DNA of 64,000 nucleotides, taken from positions 480,001 to 544,000 of the forward strand of contig CAWIXE010000002.1 in the NCBI GenBank assembly GCA_963840035.1, read 5' to 3'. This DNA comes from a candidate division FCPU426 bacterium. GTDB lineage: Bacteria; Oederibacteriota; PGYV01; Palsa-1178. The translations under genes were made by a program, and so were the position numbers. A model generated the notes under the pieces. The model ran no database searches and was not told the origin of the DNA. It was given only the letters and a program-made list of their open reading frames with translations. Shown here in pieces: positions 49,868-61,000 of this stretch (its first letter is position 1; every line of letters begins with the position of its first letter).

Positions 49868-50000
49868 ATCCTTGCTCCTTGTGTAACAGGATTTACCATA
49901 TTTTATAACAACATTTGGCCCAAATCAAGTTTTTTTTACGTGAACTATTGCCAGCCAGCCGCCGTCTAAGTAACAATAGCAAAATATATCTTTAAAAGAT

Positions 50001-50028
50001 TTGCATTATTTTAGTGTTATGCTATAAT
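50001..50028 (+). promoter_or_regulatory. Promoter of bamA-lpx operon
   Basis: ttgcat-16 nt-tataat with extended TG. Confidence 0.55.
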
Positions 50029-50071
50029 AATGAACGTTTTGCTAAAAATTATTAGGAGGTTTTTCGATTTT

Positions 50072-52426
50072 ATGAGGAAAACAATGGGATTTATGCTTAT
50101 ATTAACGTTACTTTTTGCGGCTGCGTCTTTCGCGGCTGTTCTAAAAGCGGAGACACCGGACGGACTCATTGACGACATCAAGATTACGGGTAATTCAGCG
50201 GTGCCTGAGAAGGAGATACTTGATCAGATATCCTACGGAATCGGAATGGTTTTTTCAAGATACAAAACAAAGGAAGACATTAAAAACCTTTACAAAACCG
50301 GGAAGTTTGATGATATAAAGGTATCCATGACAAAAGAAGCCGGTAAAAACATACTTTTAATCGAGGTTAAGGAAAAAACGCAGATAGGAAAGATTATAAT
50401 CAAGGGAAATAAGGATGTTGGCGAAGGCGATATCAAGGCAAAGTTGGACGATGAGGAAAAGCTGGGCGTTAAGATAAAGGAAGGCGAGTACCTGGACGAA
50501 TACAAGCTTAAAAAAGCCATCCTTGCCATAAAGGCCATGTATAAGGAACGCAATTATTATTATGTCACGGCCGATTATACCCTCAATGAAAGGGAAGAGG
50601 AAAAAGAAGGCAAGAAGGTAAAAAAACTTGATATTGAGATAACTATTGACGAAGGCGCGAAGATCAAAGTTACATCGATCGGGGTCACGGGAAATAATGT
50701 GTTCTCGGCGGATAAGATAAAAGGCATTATGAAGACCAAGGAAGAGGGCTGGTTTGTAAGCGGTACTTACAGCGACAGCCTGTTCATAGAGGATTTAAAA
50801 CTCATACTTACTGCATACCAGCAGGAAGGCTATGTAAAGGCCAAAATCAACGGGATGAACATAGGGGAGTTTGACATCAATGCCAAGGAACTTGTGGCAA
50901 AGGACGTAAAGATCGATAAGGAAAAAAAGGCGATTGCCATAGAAATACCGGTACAGGAAGGCATCAAATATAAGATTAAAAAACTTGATATATCCGGGCA
51001 GGCTATCTTTACAAAAGAAGAACTCACGGACAGGATGGCAAGCGCGCCTGAAAAGACGTTTGACAGGCCTGGGTTTGACCGCGATCTGGCTATGATCAGG
51101 TCGCTTTACGCTGAAAAAGGCCACATATTCGCGCAGATTAAGGACACCTATGTATATGACGACGATAACGGCGATGTGGCCGCGAAAGTTGAAATAACGG
51201 AAGGCCCTGTGGCGTATGTCAACAACATAAAGGTCCGCGGCAACTATGTCACAAAGGATAAGGTAATTCTCAGGGAGATTCTTTTAAGGGAAGGCGAAGC
51301 TTTTGACTCCAATAAGATAAGGAAGTCCCAGGAAGCTGTGTATAATCTCGGTTTCTTTGATAATGTCATGATTGACACGGAGCAGGTGGACATAGACAAA
51401 CTCAACATCATATTTGAAGTTCAGGAAAGAAAGACCGGAAATGTAGGATTGGGCGCCGGTTACTCCACGGTCGAAGGCCTCGTGGGTTATGTGCAGCTCT
51501 CGCAGTCAAATCTTTTCGGCGAGGGCAAAGCCTTTGCCGCGGACGTGCAGTACGGAAACCAGAAAAAGTCATGGACTCTTTCTTACAAGGACCCGTGGCT
51601 TTTTGATTCCCCGACTTCGTTCGGCGTGGACCTGTGGAACACATTTAAGAATAAATCATACAATAACCAGGGATATGACCTGGACAGCTATGGCTTTGAT
51701 TTAAGCGGCGGCTGGCGTCTTGACGAAAATCAGAAAGCGTTCCTGACATACAGGTACCAGGAAGACAAATATTCAAACATCGACAGCGAATACCAGTCCA
51801 TCATTTCAGACGGCAAAAGCCAGATAAGCTCCATATCGCCGACATATGTGCTCGATACCCGAGATGACGTTTTTGACGCGAACAGGGGCGCTTACATCAA
51901 CGCGGCCGTGCAAATCGGCGGCGGGTTATTGGGCGGCGATTATAATTACATAAAAGAGACTGTTGATGTCAGGTATTTTGTGCCGAGCTTCTGGAAATTT
52001 GTCCTGGGCATCCATGCCAAGGTCGGCAACGGGACAGGCTACTCTTACCGCTATGGAACTGCGGCGCTGCCTATAACCGAGAAATTTTACTGCGGCGGTA
52101 CAGACACGGTCCGCGGTTACGAAGAGCGCGCTTTCGGGCCCATCGGCGGCGGAGACTTTACCATGGTGGCGAATATAGAGTATAAGCTAAAAGTTGTTGA
52201 AAGGGTCCTTACGGTCGCGGCTTTCTACGACGCCGGAAACTGCTGGGATAATTTTGAAAATGTAAACTGGCAGGAACCGCAGCTTTTTTCCAGCGTGGGA
52301 GCGGGCATAAGGCTCACCATACCGGGAACGGTCATGGTCATCAGGCTTGATTACGGTTACGGCCTTGACCCGGTTCTGCGTTCGCCGGGCGGAAAGATAC
52401 ACTTTAACATCGGGAATATTTTTTAA
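50072..52426 (+). CDS. bamA: Outer membrane protein assembly factor BamA
   Basis: POTRA repeats, GAGYS, NLFGEG, GGTDTVRGY, terminal HFNIGNIF; ATG 50072 after aggagg. Confidence 0.93.
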   Translation: MRKTMGFMLILTLLFAAASFAAVLKAETPDGLIDDIKITGNSAVPEKEILDQISYGIGMVFSRYKTKEDIKNLYKTGKFDDIKVSMTKEAGKNILLIEVKEKTQIGKIIIKGNKDVGEGDIKAKLDDEEKLGVKIKEGEYLDEYKLKKAILAIKAMYKERNYYYVTADYTLNEREEEKEGKKVKKLDIEITIDEGAKIKVTSIGVTGNNVFSADKIKGIMKTKEEGWFVSGTYSDSLFIEDLKLILTAYQQEGYVKAKINGMNIGEFDINAKELVAKDVKIDKEKKAIAIEIPVQEGIKYKIKKLDISGQAIFTKEELTDRMASAPEKTFDRPGFDRDLAMIRSLYAEKGHIFAQIKDTYVYDDDNGDVAAKVEITEGPVAYVNNIKVRGNYVTKDKVILREILLREGEAFDSNKIRKSQEAVYNLGFFDNVMIDTEQVDIDKLNIIFEVQERKTGNVGLGAGYSTVEGLVGYVQLSQSNLFGEGKAFAADVQYGNQKKSWTLSYKDPWLFDSPTSFGVDLWNTFKNKSYNNQGYDLDSYGFDLSGGWRLDENQKAFLTYRYQEDKYSNIDSEYQSIISDGKSQISSISPTYVLDTRDDVFDANRGAYINAAVQIGGGLLGGDYNYIKETVDVRYFVPSFWKFVLGIHAKVGNGTGYSYRYGTAALPITEKFYCGGTDTVRGYEERAFGPIGGGDFTMVANIEYKLKVVERVLTVAAFYDAGNCWDNFENVNWQEPQLFSSVGAGIRLTIPGTVMVIRLDYGYGLDPVLRSPGGKIHFNIGNIF

Positions 52427-52453
52427 TATAAAATACATGGAGGTGGAGTTGAA

Positions 52454-52945
52454 ATGAGGAAACTTACTTTTTTACTGGCAATGGTTATGGTTTTTGTTTT
52501 TACCGCGGGCGCGTACGCGCTTCAGGTAGGCTATGTGGACATTGAAAAGGTGTTTAACCAGTATCAGGGAACAAAGGCCGCGAAGGACAAGCTCCAGAAG
52601 GAAGTCGCAAAGGAGCAGAAATCAATTGAAAAAGAAAAAGACGACCTTCTTCAGATGAAGGCGGATCTGGATAAGAAAAGGTCCATTCTTGATAAGGACA
52701 AGGTAAAGCAGCAGGAAGAAGAGCTCCAGGCAAAACTTGAGAAACTCCAGGCAAAAGCCATGGAAGTACAGCAGAAACTGATGTCGCAGGAAAAAGAACT
52801 CACAGCGAACATAGTAGATGAGATCAGGGCCATCGTGCAGAAGATCGCGAAAGAGAAAAACTATGATTATGTTTTCGAGAAGAACATGCTCCTCTTCGGC
52901 GGCGATGATGTGACCTTCCTTGTCATCAAAAAGATGAACGAATAA
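52454..52945 (+). CDS. skp: Periplasmic chaperone Skp/OmpH
   Basis: [10 protein letters not shown], coiled coil, [14 protein letters not shown]; position between bamA and lpxD. Confidence 0.9.
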   Translation: MRKLTFLLAMVMVFVFTAGAYALQVGYVDIEKVFNQYQGTKAAKDKLQKEVAKEQKSIEKEKDDLLQMKADLDKKRSILDKDKVKQQEEELQAKLEKLQAKAMEVQQKLMSQEKELTANIVDEIRAIVQKIAKEKNYDYVFEKNMLLFGGDDVTFLVIKKMNE

Positions 52946-52959
52946 AGAAGAAGCAAAAG

Positions 52960-53976
52960 ATGGAACTTACATTACAGGCTATAGCCGATAAAATAGGCGG
53001 GGAAATAAAAGGAAATGCCGGACTCAAAGTGTCCGGCATTTCTGACCTTAAAGGCGCGTGCGCGTCCGACTTAAGCTTCATCCTTTCAAAAAAATTTTTG
53101 AAAGAGGCTGAGGAAAGCAAGGCGCCGGCAATCATATCGGATTCACTTGATGAAATTGCCGGAAAGACTGTTATAAAGGTCGGGAACGCGAAAGCAGCGT
53201 ACGCCGCGGCAATATCAATCATATTCCCGCCGGTAAAGCATCCGGGAGGCGTATCGCCAAAAGCGTGCGTTAACCCGTCAGCGCATATTGGAAAAGACAC
53301 ATATATTGACGACGGCGCCGTTGTAAAAAGCGGGGTTGTAATAGGCGAGGGAAGTTTTATAGGCTCAGGCACCTTTATCGGGGAGAACTGCCGCGTAGGA
53401 AACAACACTATTATTTACGCAAATATCTCAATGTATGACCGTGTTGAGATAGGCGATAACTGCGTTATCCACTCCGGGACCGTAATAGGCGCGGATGGAT
53501 TTGGTTTTGTGGAGGATAATGGCAGAATAATTAAAGTGCCGCAGATCGGATGCGTCAGGATCGGCAATAACGTCGAGATCGGGGCGAATTGCTGCATAGA
53601 CAGGGCTGCTTTCGGCGCTACTGTAATAAAAGACAGCGTAAAGGTCGATAATTTTGTCCATGTAGCGCATAATGTGGAAATAGGCGAAAGCACTATTGTT
53701 GTTGCGCAGTCAGGAATATCAGGCTCCACAAAAGTCGGCAGGGGCTGTGTCATAGGCGGACAGGTCGGCATAGTGGACCATATTACCATCGGCGACGGCG
53801 CAAAGATAGGTTCGCAGTCCGGCATTTCAAAAGATGTTGAGCCCGGAGCCATGCTCTCGGGGACGCCCGCAAGGCCGCTTTTACAGCTGCGCAAAGCCGA
53901 AGCGTACATGATGAAACTTGAGGACCTCTTTAAAAGGGTAAAGGCCATTGAAGAGGGGCAAAAGAACCCAAAATGA
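52960..53976 (+). CDS. lpxD: UDP-3-O-acyl-glucosamine N-acyltransferase
   Basis: Hexapeptide repeats, [26 protein letters not shown]. Confidence 0.95.
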   Translation: MELTLQAIADKIGGEIKGNAGLKVSGISDLKGACASDLSFILSKKFLKEAEESKAPAIISDSLDEIAGKTVIKVGNAKAAYAAAISIIFPPVKHPGGVSPKACVNPSAHIGKDTYIDDGAVVKSGVVIGEGSFIGSGTFIGENCRVGNNTIIYANISMYDRVEIGDNCVIHSGTVIGADGFGFVEDNGRIIKVPQIGCVRIGNNVEIGANCCIDRAAFGATVIKDSVKVDNFVHVAHNVEIGESTIVVAQSGISGSTKVGRGCVIGGQVGIVDHITIGDGAKIGSQSGISKDVEPGAMLSGTPARPLLQLRKAEAYMMKLEDLFKRVKAIEEGQKNPK

Positions 53977-54791
53977 AACAGATAACCCTTAAAACGGATG
54001 CGGTAATTACCGGGCCCGGCCTTCATAAAGGCGGTAAAAATAAAGTCACTATCCGTCCTTCCGGAGCGGATACCGGGATTATAATAAAAAATAACGGCGA
54101 GTCATATGTTTTGACGCCGGATGTTGTCCTTGATACGAAGCGCGGCACTACCATAAAATACGGAAAATCAACGGTACATACAATAGAACATCTGACATCC
54201 GCCCTGCGCGGGCTGTCAGTGGATAACGCGGTTCTTGACATGGAAGGCGGTGAGCCGCCGGCAGTTGACGGAAGCTCGCTGCCGTACGTGGCCGCCATAA
54301 AAAAAGCCGGTCTAAAAAGCCTTTCGAAAGAAAAAAAATATTTAAACCTGAAATCGCCTGTCATGATGGAAGACGGCGACAGGTATATGGCGGTTTTGCC
54401 GTGTGAAGGTTTTAAAGTGACCTACTTCGCGGATTTTTCAAAACATGGCGTGAAAGCCAACGATGTGTCAGTGGAAATAACGCCGGCTGCATACGAAAAA
54501 ATGGTTTCAAAAGCGAGGACTTTCGGCTTTAAGTCCGAAATAGGATGGCTCATGAAAGCCGGACTCATAAAAGGCGCGTCCCTTGAGAATGCCATATTAA
54601 TGGACAAAGGAAAGCCTGTCCAGGGTACTTTAAGATACGAAGACGAACTGACAAGGCACAAGATACTAGACATAGTAGGCGACTTTGGAATGCTTGGCGC
54701 CAACCTTAACATGCATATTATTGCCGTAAAAACAGGCCACAAACATAATGCGGCCATGGCGGCAAAGATATACAAACAGGTCCAGGGTTAA
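53973..54791 (+). CDS. lpxC: UDP-3-O-acyl-GlcNAc deacetylase
   Basis: GPGLH, TIEHL, DGSS, ARTFG, RHKILD..GD, GHKHN. Confidence 0.93.
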   Translation: MKQITLKTDAVITGPGLHKGGKNKVTIRPSGADTGIIIKNNGESYVLTPDVVLDTKRGTTIKYGKSTVHTIEHLTSALRGLSVDNAVLDMEGGEPPAVDGSSLPYVAAIKKAGLKSLSKEKKYLNLKSPVMMEDGDRYMAVLPCEGFKVTYFADFSKHGVKANDVSVEITPAAYEKMVSKARTFGFKSEIGWLMKAGLIKGASLENAILMDKGKPVQGTLRYEDELTRHKILDIVGDFGMLGANLNMHIIAVKTGHKHNAAMAAKIYKQVQG

Positions 54792-54827
54792 AGGCATACC
54801 CTGCACCCATACTTCACGGAGGTTCAC

Positions 54828-55274
54828 ATGGAAGGACAGCTAAGCGTAGTTGAAATTCAAAAGTTAATACCACACAGGTTCCCGTTCCTGTTAGTCGACA
54901 GGGTGCTTGAGATAAAAGACGGGGAATCCATAACGGCGATTAAGAATGTCACGATGAATGAATGGTTCTTTCAGGGCCATTTCCCCGGTGCCCCGGTCAT
55001 GCCGGGCGTGCTCATTGTGGAAGCCATGGCGCAGACAGGCGGGATACTCATGGCTAAAAAACTCTCAAACGCCGAGGCGCCCAAGGTGGTATATTTCATG
55101 ACGATCAACAATGTAAAATTCAGGCAGCCGGTTACGCCGGGCGATACATTGAAATTTGTAGTCACCATGACCAAACTGAAAGGCACGATAGGGACTCTGC
55201 ACGGGGAAACTTTCGTCGGCGAGAAGAAAGTGGCCGAAGCCGATATGATGGCCATGATAGCGGACGCACAGTAA
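54828..55274 (+). CDS. fabZ: 3-hydroxyacyl-ACP dehydratase
   Basis: PHRFPFLLVDR, FQGHFP..PVMPGVLIVEAMAQ. Confidence 0.96.
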   Translation: MEGQLSVVEIQKLIPHRFPFLLVDRVLEIKDGESITAIKNVTMNEWFFQGHFPGAPVMPGVLIVEAMAQTGGILMAKKLSNAEAPKVVYFMTINNVKFRQPVTPGDTLKFVVTMTKLKGTIGTLHGETFVGEKKVAEADMMAMIADAQ

Positions 55275-55338
55275 GTTCGAAGTTCGGAGGGTAGGGTTCG
55301 AAGTTTGAACTTCGAACCCCGAACTTCACCCTTCGAAC
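55274..55338. repeat. Heptamer-periodic inverted array between fabZ and lpxA
   Basis: agttcga agttcgg agggtag ggttcga agtttga / acttcga accccga acttcac ccttcga. Confidence 0.85.
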
Positions 55339-55355
55339 GAACACAAGGAGATTGT

Positions 55356-56126
55356 ATGAGCATCCACCCTACAGCCATAGTTTCACCAAAGGCAAAGCTC
55401 GGCGCTGATGTTACAGTTGGGGCTTTTGCCATTATAGATGATGATGTAATAATCGGAGACAAATGCGTCATAGGGCCGCGCGCGCACATAGAGTTTACTG
55501 AAATGGGCGCTAATAATTTTATCGGCGAAGGATCCATGATAGGGGCTGCGCCCCAGGACCTGAAATATAAAAATGAGCGTTCGTTTGTAAAAATAGGCAG
55601 CAATAATGTTTTCAGGGAATATGTTTCCATACACAGGGCCACGCATGAAGGCGAGTCTACGGTAATAGGCGACTCCAATTTTTTTCTTACTATGGCGCAT
55701 GTCGCGCACGACTGCAAGGTCGGAAACAGGGTGGTTCTTATTAACAATGTGGGTATGTCAGGGCATGTGACTGTTCATGACGGCGCGGTGATTTCCGGTT
55801 ATACCCTAATACACCAGCATGCCAGGATCGGCAGCTACGTCATGGCGGGTGGCGGCACTAAAATAGTCAAAGATGTGCCCCCTTTTATGATGATAGACGG
55901 AAACCCGGCGGCAATACACGGGCTTAACAAGCTGGGGCTGAAAAGGAATGGGTTCTCGCCTGAGCGCATAAAAATAATTGAGGACATGTACGCCATATTC
56001 ATAAGGGATAAGAACCTTCTTTTTGCGGAAGCGGTAAAAAAGATAGAGGATACAATACCAAAGAATGATGATGTTAATTATTTTATTGATTTTATAAAGA
56101 ACTCCAAAAGGGGCATTGAAAGGTGA
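55356..56126 (+). CDS. lpxA: Acyl-ACP--UDP-GlcNAc O-acyltransferase
   Basis: IHPTAIV, PQDLKY, FREYVSIHR, HVAHDC, KDVPPF, GLNKLGLKR. Confidence 0.95.
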   Translation: MSIHPTAIVSPKAKLGADVTVGAFAIIDDDVIIGDKCVIGPRAHIEFTEMGANNFIGEGSMIGAAPQDLKYKNERSFVKIGSNNVFREYVSIHRATHEGESTVIGDSNFFLTMAHVAHDCKVGNRVVLINNVGMSGHVTVHDGAVISGYTLIHQHARIGSYVMAGGGTKIVKDVPPFMMIDGNPAAIHGLNKLGLKRNGFSPERIKIIEDMYAIFIRDKNLLFAEAVKKIEDTIPKNDDVNYFIDFIKNSKRGIER

Positions 56127-56933
56127 AATATAAGAAAATCGCTTTAATAGCCGGCGGCGGCGACCTTCCGCTTATTTTTTTGCGCAACGCGCAGAAAGCC
56201 GGGCAGGAAGTCCTTGTCCTTGAGATTCAGGGGGAAGGCAACCCCGGCATCACACGCTATCCTTTTAAAAAAGTCAGGATAAACATAACACACCTGGAAG
56301 AGATAATTAACACTACAAAACAGGAAAAGATAAAACACATCATGTTCCTGGGTTATGTGCGGCCGCAGCGCCTTTTGAAGGACATTATTTTCGACGAGAA
56401 GGACCAGGACAACCTTCTTAAACCTCATGGATAAGAGGCCGAAGGCGCTCATGGAATCAGCCATTAATGAATTTAAAAAAGACGGGATAGAAGCCATACC
56501 TTCCACTTACCTCATGGATGAAGTGCTGGCAGGCCCGGGTTTTTTGACGCGGATTAAACCGGACTTAAAAGAGCTCAAGGCGGGCATAGACATTACGCGC
56601 GCTCTGGCGGGGCTTGACGTTGGCCAGACCACTGTGGTGTGTTCAGGCATGATATGGGCGGCGGAAGCCATGGAAGGCACGGATAACTGCATTAAGCGCG
56701 GCGGCAGGCTCGCGAAAAAGGGTTTTACCGTCATTAAAATGGCAAGGCCAAAGCAGGATTTGAGGTATGACGTTCCTGCGGTGGGGCTTAAGACGCTCAA
56801 ACTTATAAAATCACTCGGCGGCCGCGGGATAGTAGTGGAAGCAGGGAAGACTTTTTTACTTAACAAAGATGAGCTTTTAAGGTATGCTGATACCCATAAT
56901 TTATTCATATACGGCTGGAGGAAAAGCAAATGA
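56123..56933 (+). pseudogene. lpxI: UDP-2,3-diacylglucosamine pyrophosphatase LpxI, split by one extra base near 56399
   Basis: IAGGGDLP in first part; DVGQT, EAMEGTD..IKR, KQDLRYDVPAVG in second; deleting one A at 56399-56400 gives FDERTRTTFLNLMDKRP. Confidence 0.8.
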
Positions 56934-58048
56934 TACCCATATCAAAACCGAACCTGGATGAGAAAGAAAAAGAAGCGGTACAGGCAGTACTTAATTCCGG
57001 GATAATAGCGTCAGGCCCGAAGGTGAAAGAATTTGAAGCGGCATTTGCCGCCTATACTTTTTCCGACTATACCGGGGCAAAACACGCGATTGCGGTTTCA
57101 AACGGCACCTGTTCACTGCATACCTGCCTTGTAATGAATGGCATTGGCAAAGGCGACAGGGTAATAACCTCGCCATTTACATTTATAGCGACTGGAAACT
57201 CCATCATTCACGCCGGGGCTGAACCGGTATTTGCGGATATTTGTGAAGGTTCTTTCAATATAGACCCGGACAGGATTGAAGCAATGTTGAAAAAGGATTT
57301 TTTTAAAAAAATAAAAGCGATCATGGTAGTTCATATTTACGGCCAGGTTTGCGAGATGGACCGTATAATGGCAATCGCGAAGAAATATGGCGTTAAGGTA
57401 ATAGAGGACGCGGCGCAGGCGCATGGCGCGAAATTCAAGGGACAAAACGCCGGCACATTTGCGGACGGCGGTTCGTTTTCCATGTACGCCACAAAGAATA
57501 TTACGACCGCAGAAGGCGGCGTGGTTACGACTAATGACGATAAAGCCGCGGAGATCGCGCGCAGTTTCATAAACCACGGATCGGAAAAAATATATTACCA
57601 CACAAGGCTCGGTTACAATTACAGAATGACAGATATCGAAGCGGCCATCGGGATTGTGCAGTTGGCCAAGCTAGACGGTTTTAACATTAAACGCAGGAAG
57701 AACGCCGAAATTCTTAAAAAGCACCTTTCAAAATTTGATTTCATAACTGCCCCGCCGGAAGGCAAGGATAATTTCCATATTTACCATCAGTTTACCATAA
57801 GGGTTAAAGGCGGAAAAAGGGACGCGCTTTTAAAGCACCTTTCTGACAGCGGCGTGGGGGCTAAAGTGTTCTACCCGATACCGCTGCATAAACAACCGTA
57901 TTACCTGAATGATGTTCTTAAAAAGAACATTACACTGCCTGTATCTGAAGAAGCGGCAGCTCAGGTAATAAGCCTGCCGGTGCATCCGGGCTTAACGGAT
58001 GCGGAAATGACAACAATTAAAGGCGCTTTTGACAGCTTTAAGATCTAA
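56930..58048 (+). CDS. DegT/DnrJ/EryC1/StrS PLP-dependent sugar aminotransferase
   Basis: SNGT, FTFIAT, EDAAQAHG, FSMYATKNITTAEGG, GYNYRM, SLPVHP. Confidence 0.9.
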   Translation: MIPISKPNLDEKEKEAVQAVLNSGIIASGPKVKEFEAAFAAYTFSDYTGAKHAIAVSNGTCSLHTCLVMNGIGKGDRVITSPFTFIATGNSIIHAGAEPVFADICEGSFNIDPDRIEAMLKKDFFKKIKAIMVVHIYGQVCEMDRIMAIAKKYGVKVIEDAAQAHGAKFKGQNAGTFADGGSFSMYATKNITTAEGGVVTTNDDKAAEIARSFINHGSEKIYYHTRLGYNYRMTDIEAAIGIVQLAKLDGFNIKRRKNAEILKKHLSKFDFITAPPEGKDNFHIYHQFTIRVKGGKRDALLKHLSDSGVGAKVFYPIPLHKQPYYLNDVLKKNITLPVSEEAAAQVISLPVHPGLTDAEMTTIKGAFDSFKI

Positions 58049-58077
58049 TCACTGATTACAAATGGCTGATTACTAAT
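58046..58077. repeat. Single heptamer arm before smc
   Basis: taatcac tgattac aaatggc tgattac taat, starting at the stop codon. Confidence 0.6.
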
Positions 58078-58098
58078 AAAAAACATAGGAGTTTTTAA

Positions 58099-61000
58099 TT
58101 GAAACTTAAAGAATTACACCTGTTCGGATTCAAGTCGTTTGCCGACAAGACAAGCCTTGAATTCGGACACGATATTACAATAGTTGTCGGCCCGAACGGT
58201 TCCGGAAAATCCAACGTCTTTGACGCCATAAGATGGGTGTTGGGAGAGCAGAGCGCAAAACAGCTCCGCGGCGGAAAGATGGAAGACGTCATATTCATCG
58301 GCTCGGATTCCAGGAAGACACTGGGTATGGCCGAAGTAACCATTGTCATGGATAACACAGACAAGACCATTAACCTGCCTTATACCGACGTAAAAGTCAC
58401 CAGGCGGCTTTACCGCTCCGGCGAATCTGAGTATTCAATTAACGACCAGCAGGTGCGCTTAAAGGACATAGTTGAGATATTTATGGATACAGGCGTAGGC
58501 CTTGATTCATATTCCATCATTTCACAGGGCGAAGTTGACAGGATTATAAATGCCAAGCCCGTGGAAAGAAGGGAAATATTTGAGGAAGCGGCAGGCATTA
58601 CCAAATATATTAAAAAGAGGGACGAAGCCTTAAGGAAACTCGAGGCTACGGAGCAGAACATGCTCCGCATAAACGACATATTAGTAGAGGTAAAAAGGCA
58701 GGCGGCGGTGCTGGAGCGCCAGGCAAAAAAAGCGGAGCAGTATAAAGCCCTCAAAATGGAATGCAGCGACATGGAAATCCGCATGCATAAAAAAGACGTA
58801 AAAGAATATAAAATAAAGCATAACAATCTTGAGGCACAGAGGCTTGAAATAGACAAAAAGATAGAGGCGGAAGAGGCGGGCCTGTCAAGCTTTGAGAAGT
58901 CCTTTGAGGATATGAAACTTAAAGGAACTGATATGGAACGTATGATCGCGGAAAAACGCGAAAAATGGGTCATAAAACAGGAAGAGATAAAGAGGCTTGA
59001 AGACAGCCTGAAGTACTTATCCGAGAGGCACACAGAGCTTTTATCACGCATTGAATCATTGAAAAATGAGAATGTGGAGAATGTCGGCAAGATAGAGTCC
59101 GTCAAGGTGGATATCGAAGGAAAAAACAGGTCAATTGCGGAAAAGGAAACAGTTGTAAAGGACAGGGAAGCGCAGCTTGAGAACCTGAACAAGAGGTATG
59201 AATCATTTACGGTTGATTTTGAAGGGGCAAAAAAGGCGAGGGATGAAAAACAGGATAAGGCCGGGCTTTTAAATAATGAGCTTAACGGGTTAAAAGGAAG
59301 GATAGTTGAGCTTGACCTTAATATTAAAAATATGGACGAGCAGCTTGTAAAGATAGCCGCTGAGAAAAAGGACGCGGAAGACAAACTTCACAGGACGGAT
59401 ATTGAGCTTGAATCCATAAGCGAAAACAGGGGACTAAAAGAAGAGGAAATTAAGGGAATAAAGGACCGGGAGGAAGAACTTCTCAAGGAGAAAATAAAGA
59501 GAAAGACCTCTTTTGTCACAACTGAAGAAACTTTAAAAGACCTCGGTTTTGTCATAGGCAAGCTTGAGTCGCGCCAGAACTTTTTAAAACAGATGCACCA
59601 GCGCATGGAAGGATACGGCGAGATAGTAAGGAAAGTACTGACTGAATACAAACTCCAGCTTGATGACGACGCTAAGGGCTCGCTTGTGGATGTCGTGGCT
59701 AACCTTATTGCCGTGGAAAAACCCTACGAGCGCGCCGTAGAAAGCACGCTTGCGGGACTGCTCCAGACAGTCTTCGTCCGCAATGAAAAAATGATTGAGG
59801 AAATATTTTCGCTCTATGAGCATGAAAAAGGCGAGATAAGCTTCATAAATTCTCAGAACATGAAAGTTAATCCCGCGGCTGTAATGGCGCGCTGGAAGGA
59901 AATGGTAAAGCATAAGAACATAACCGCGTACCTTCCGGAACAGGTTCAGGTAGAGGATGGCAATGAGGCCATAAAGCTCCTGTTCCACAATATCTTTGTG
60001 GTTGAGAGCCTTGAGAAAGCCAGGGAAGTCTTAAACGACGTCAGAAGGGACGAGCAGTATTACCTTTTAACGCAGAACGGCGAACTCATATCCAATTTCA
60101 GCATTTATACCAAGGGCGAGGGCTTAGCCGGGGAAGGATTGCTCTCAAGGGAAAGGGAAATAGAGGAAATAGCCTCCGAAATAGGGACGGCCCGCGGCAA
60201 ATACGCGTCCGTGGAAGACGAGAAGAATTTTCAGTCGATAAAAATAGCTTCGCTTGAAAAAGAGATAGAAAACCTGTCGATTACATATCACGCCCAGTAC
60301 GTGGAAGTTATCAAGGATGACGAGCGCATCAAGCAGAAAAATGAGGACAGGGAACGCCATATGGCAAGCATAGTCAGGATAGAAGAACAGGCTGTTGCGA
60401 TAGCCTCTGAAAGAACGGGTTTCACCACGGGAAGGGAAGCGCTCTCCCTTGAGGAAAAAAGGATGCTTGATTCCATTGAGGAGTCAAGGCTGGGTATTGA
60501 GGCGTCAAAGCTGGACATCCAGGCAAAAGAGGATAATTTAAACCAGGAAAAGGCTTTAATAGACGATAAAAAAGTTGAAATACTGACATTAAAGAACGAA
60601 TATGACATGGATATAAACAACAAGTCCATGCTTGAAAGCAGGCTTAAGGAAGTCGAGGAAAATTACAGGAATACCGGGCTTGAGATAGAAGGCTTAAATG
60701 AAAAGGTGAGGATGTCAGAGGATGAAAGCAAAGCTAATGACGCGAAGATAAATGAACTAAAAACCACCCTTATACTGGACGAACAGTCGCTGGAAACATC
60801 AAAAAAGGAACACGAAGAATTCAGGGTTCAGCTTAACACGCTCGAAGATGACATAAAAAAGATGTCAAAGACCAGGGATAAGCTTAAAGACGAGCAGTAT
60901 GACATAAAGGTGAATTTAAGCGAAATAGCCATACAGATAAAAAATATATATGAAAAAATGAACGAGGATTTCAAGATTGCGCCAAGCGACGAGGATGTTT

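Noticed and set aside
37960..56435. Programmed frameshifting in pyrB or lpxI
   Set aside because: No slippery heptamer or long homopolymer at either site; single-base errors are more parsimonious.
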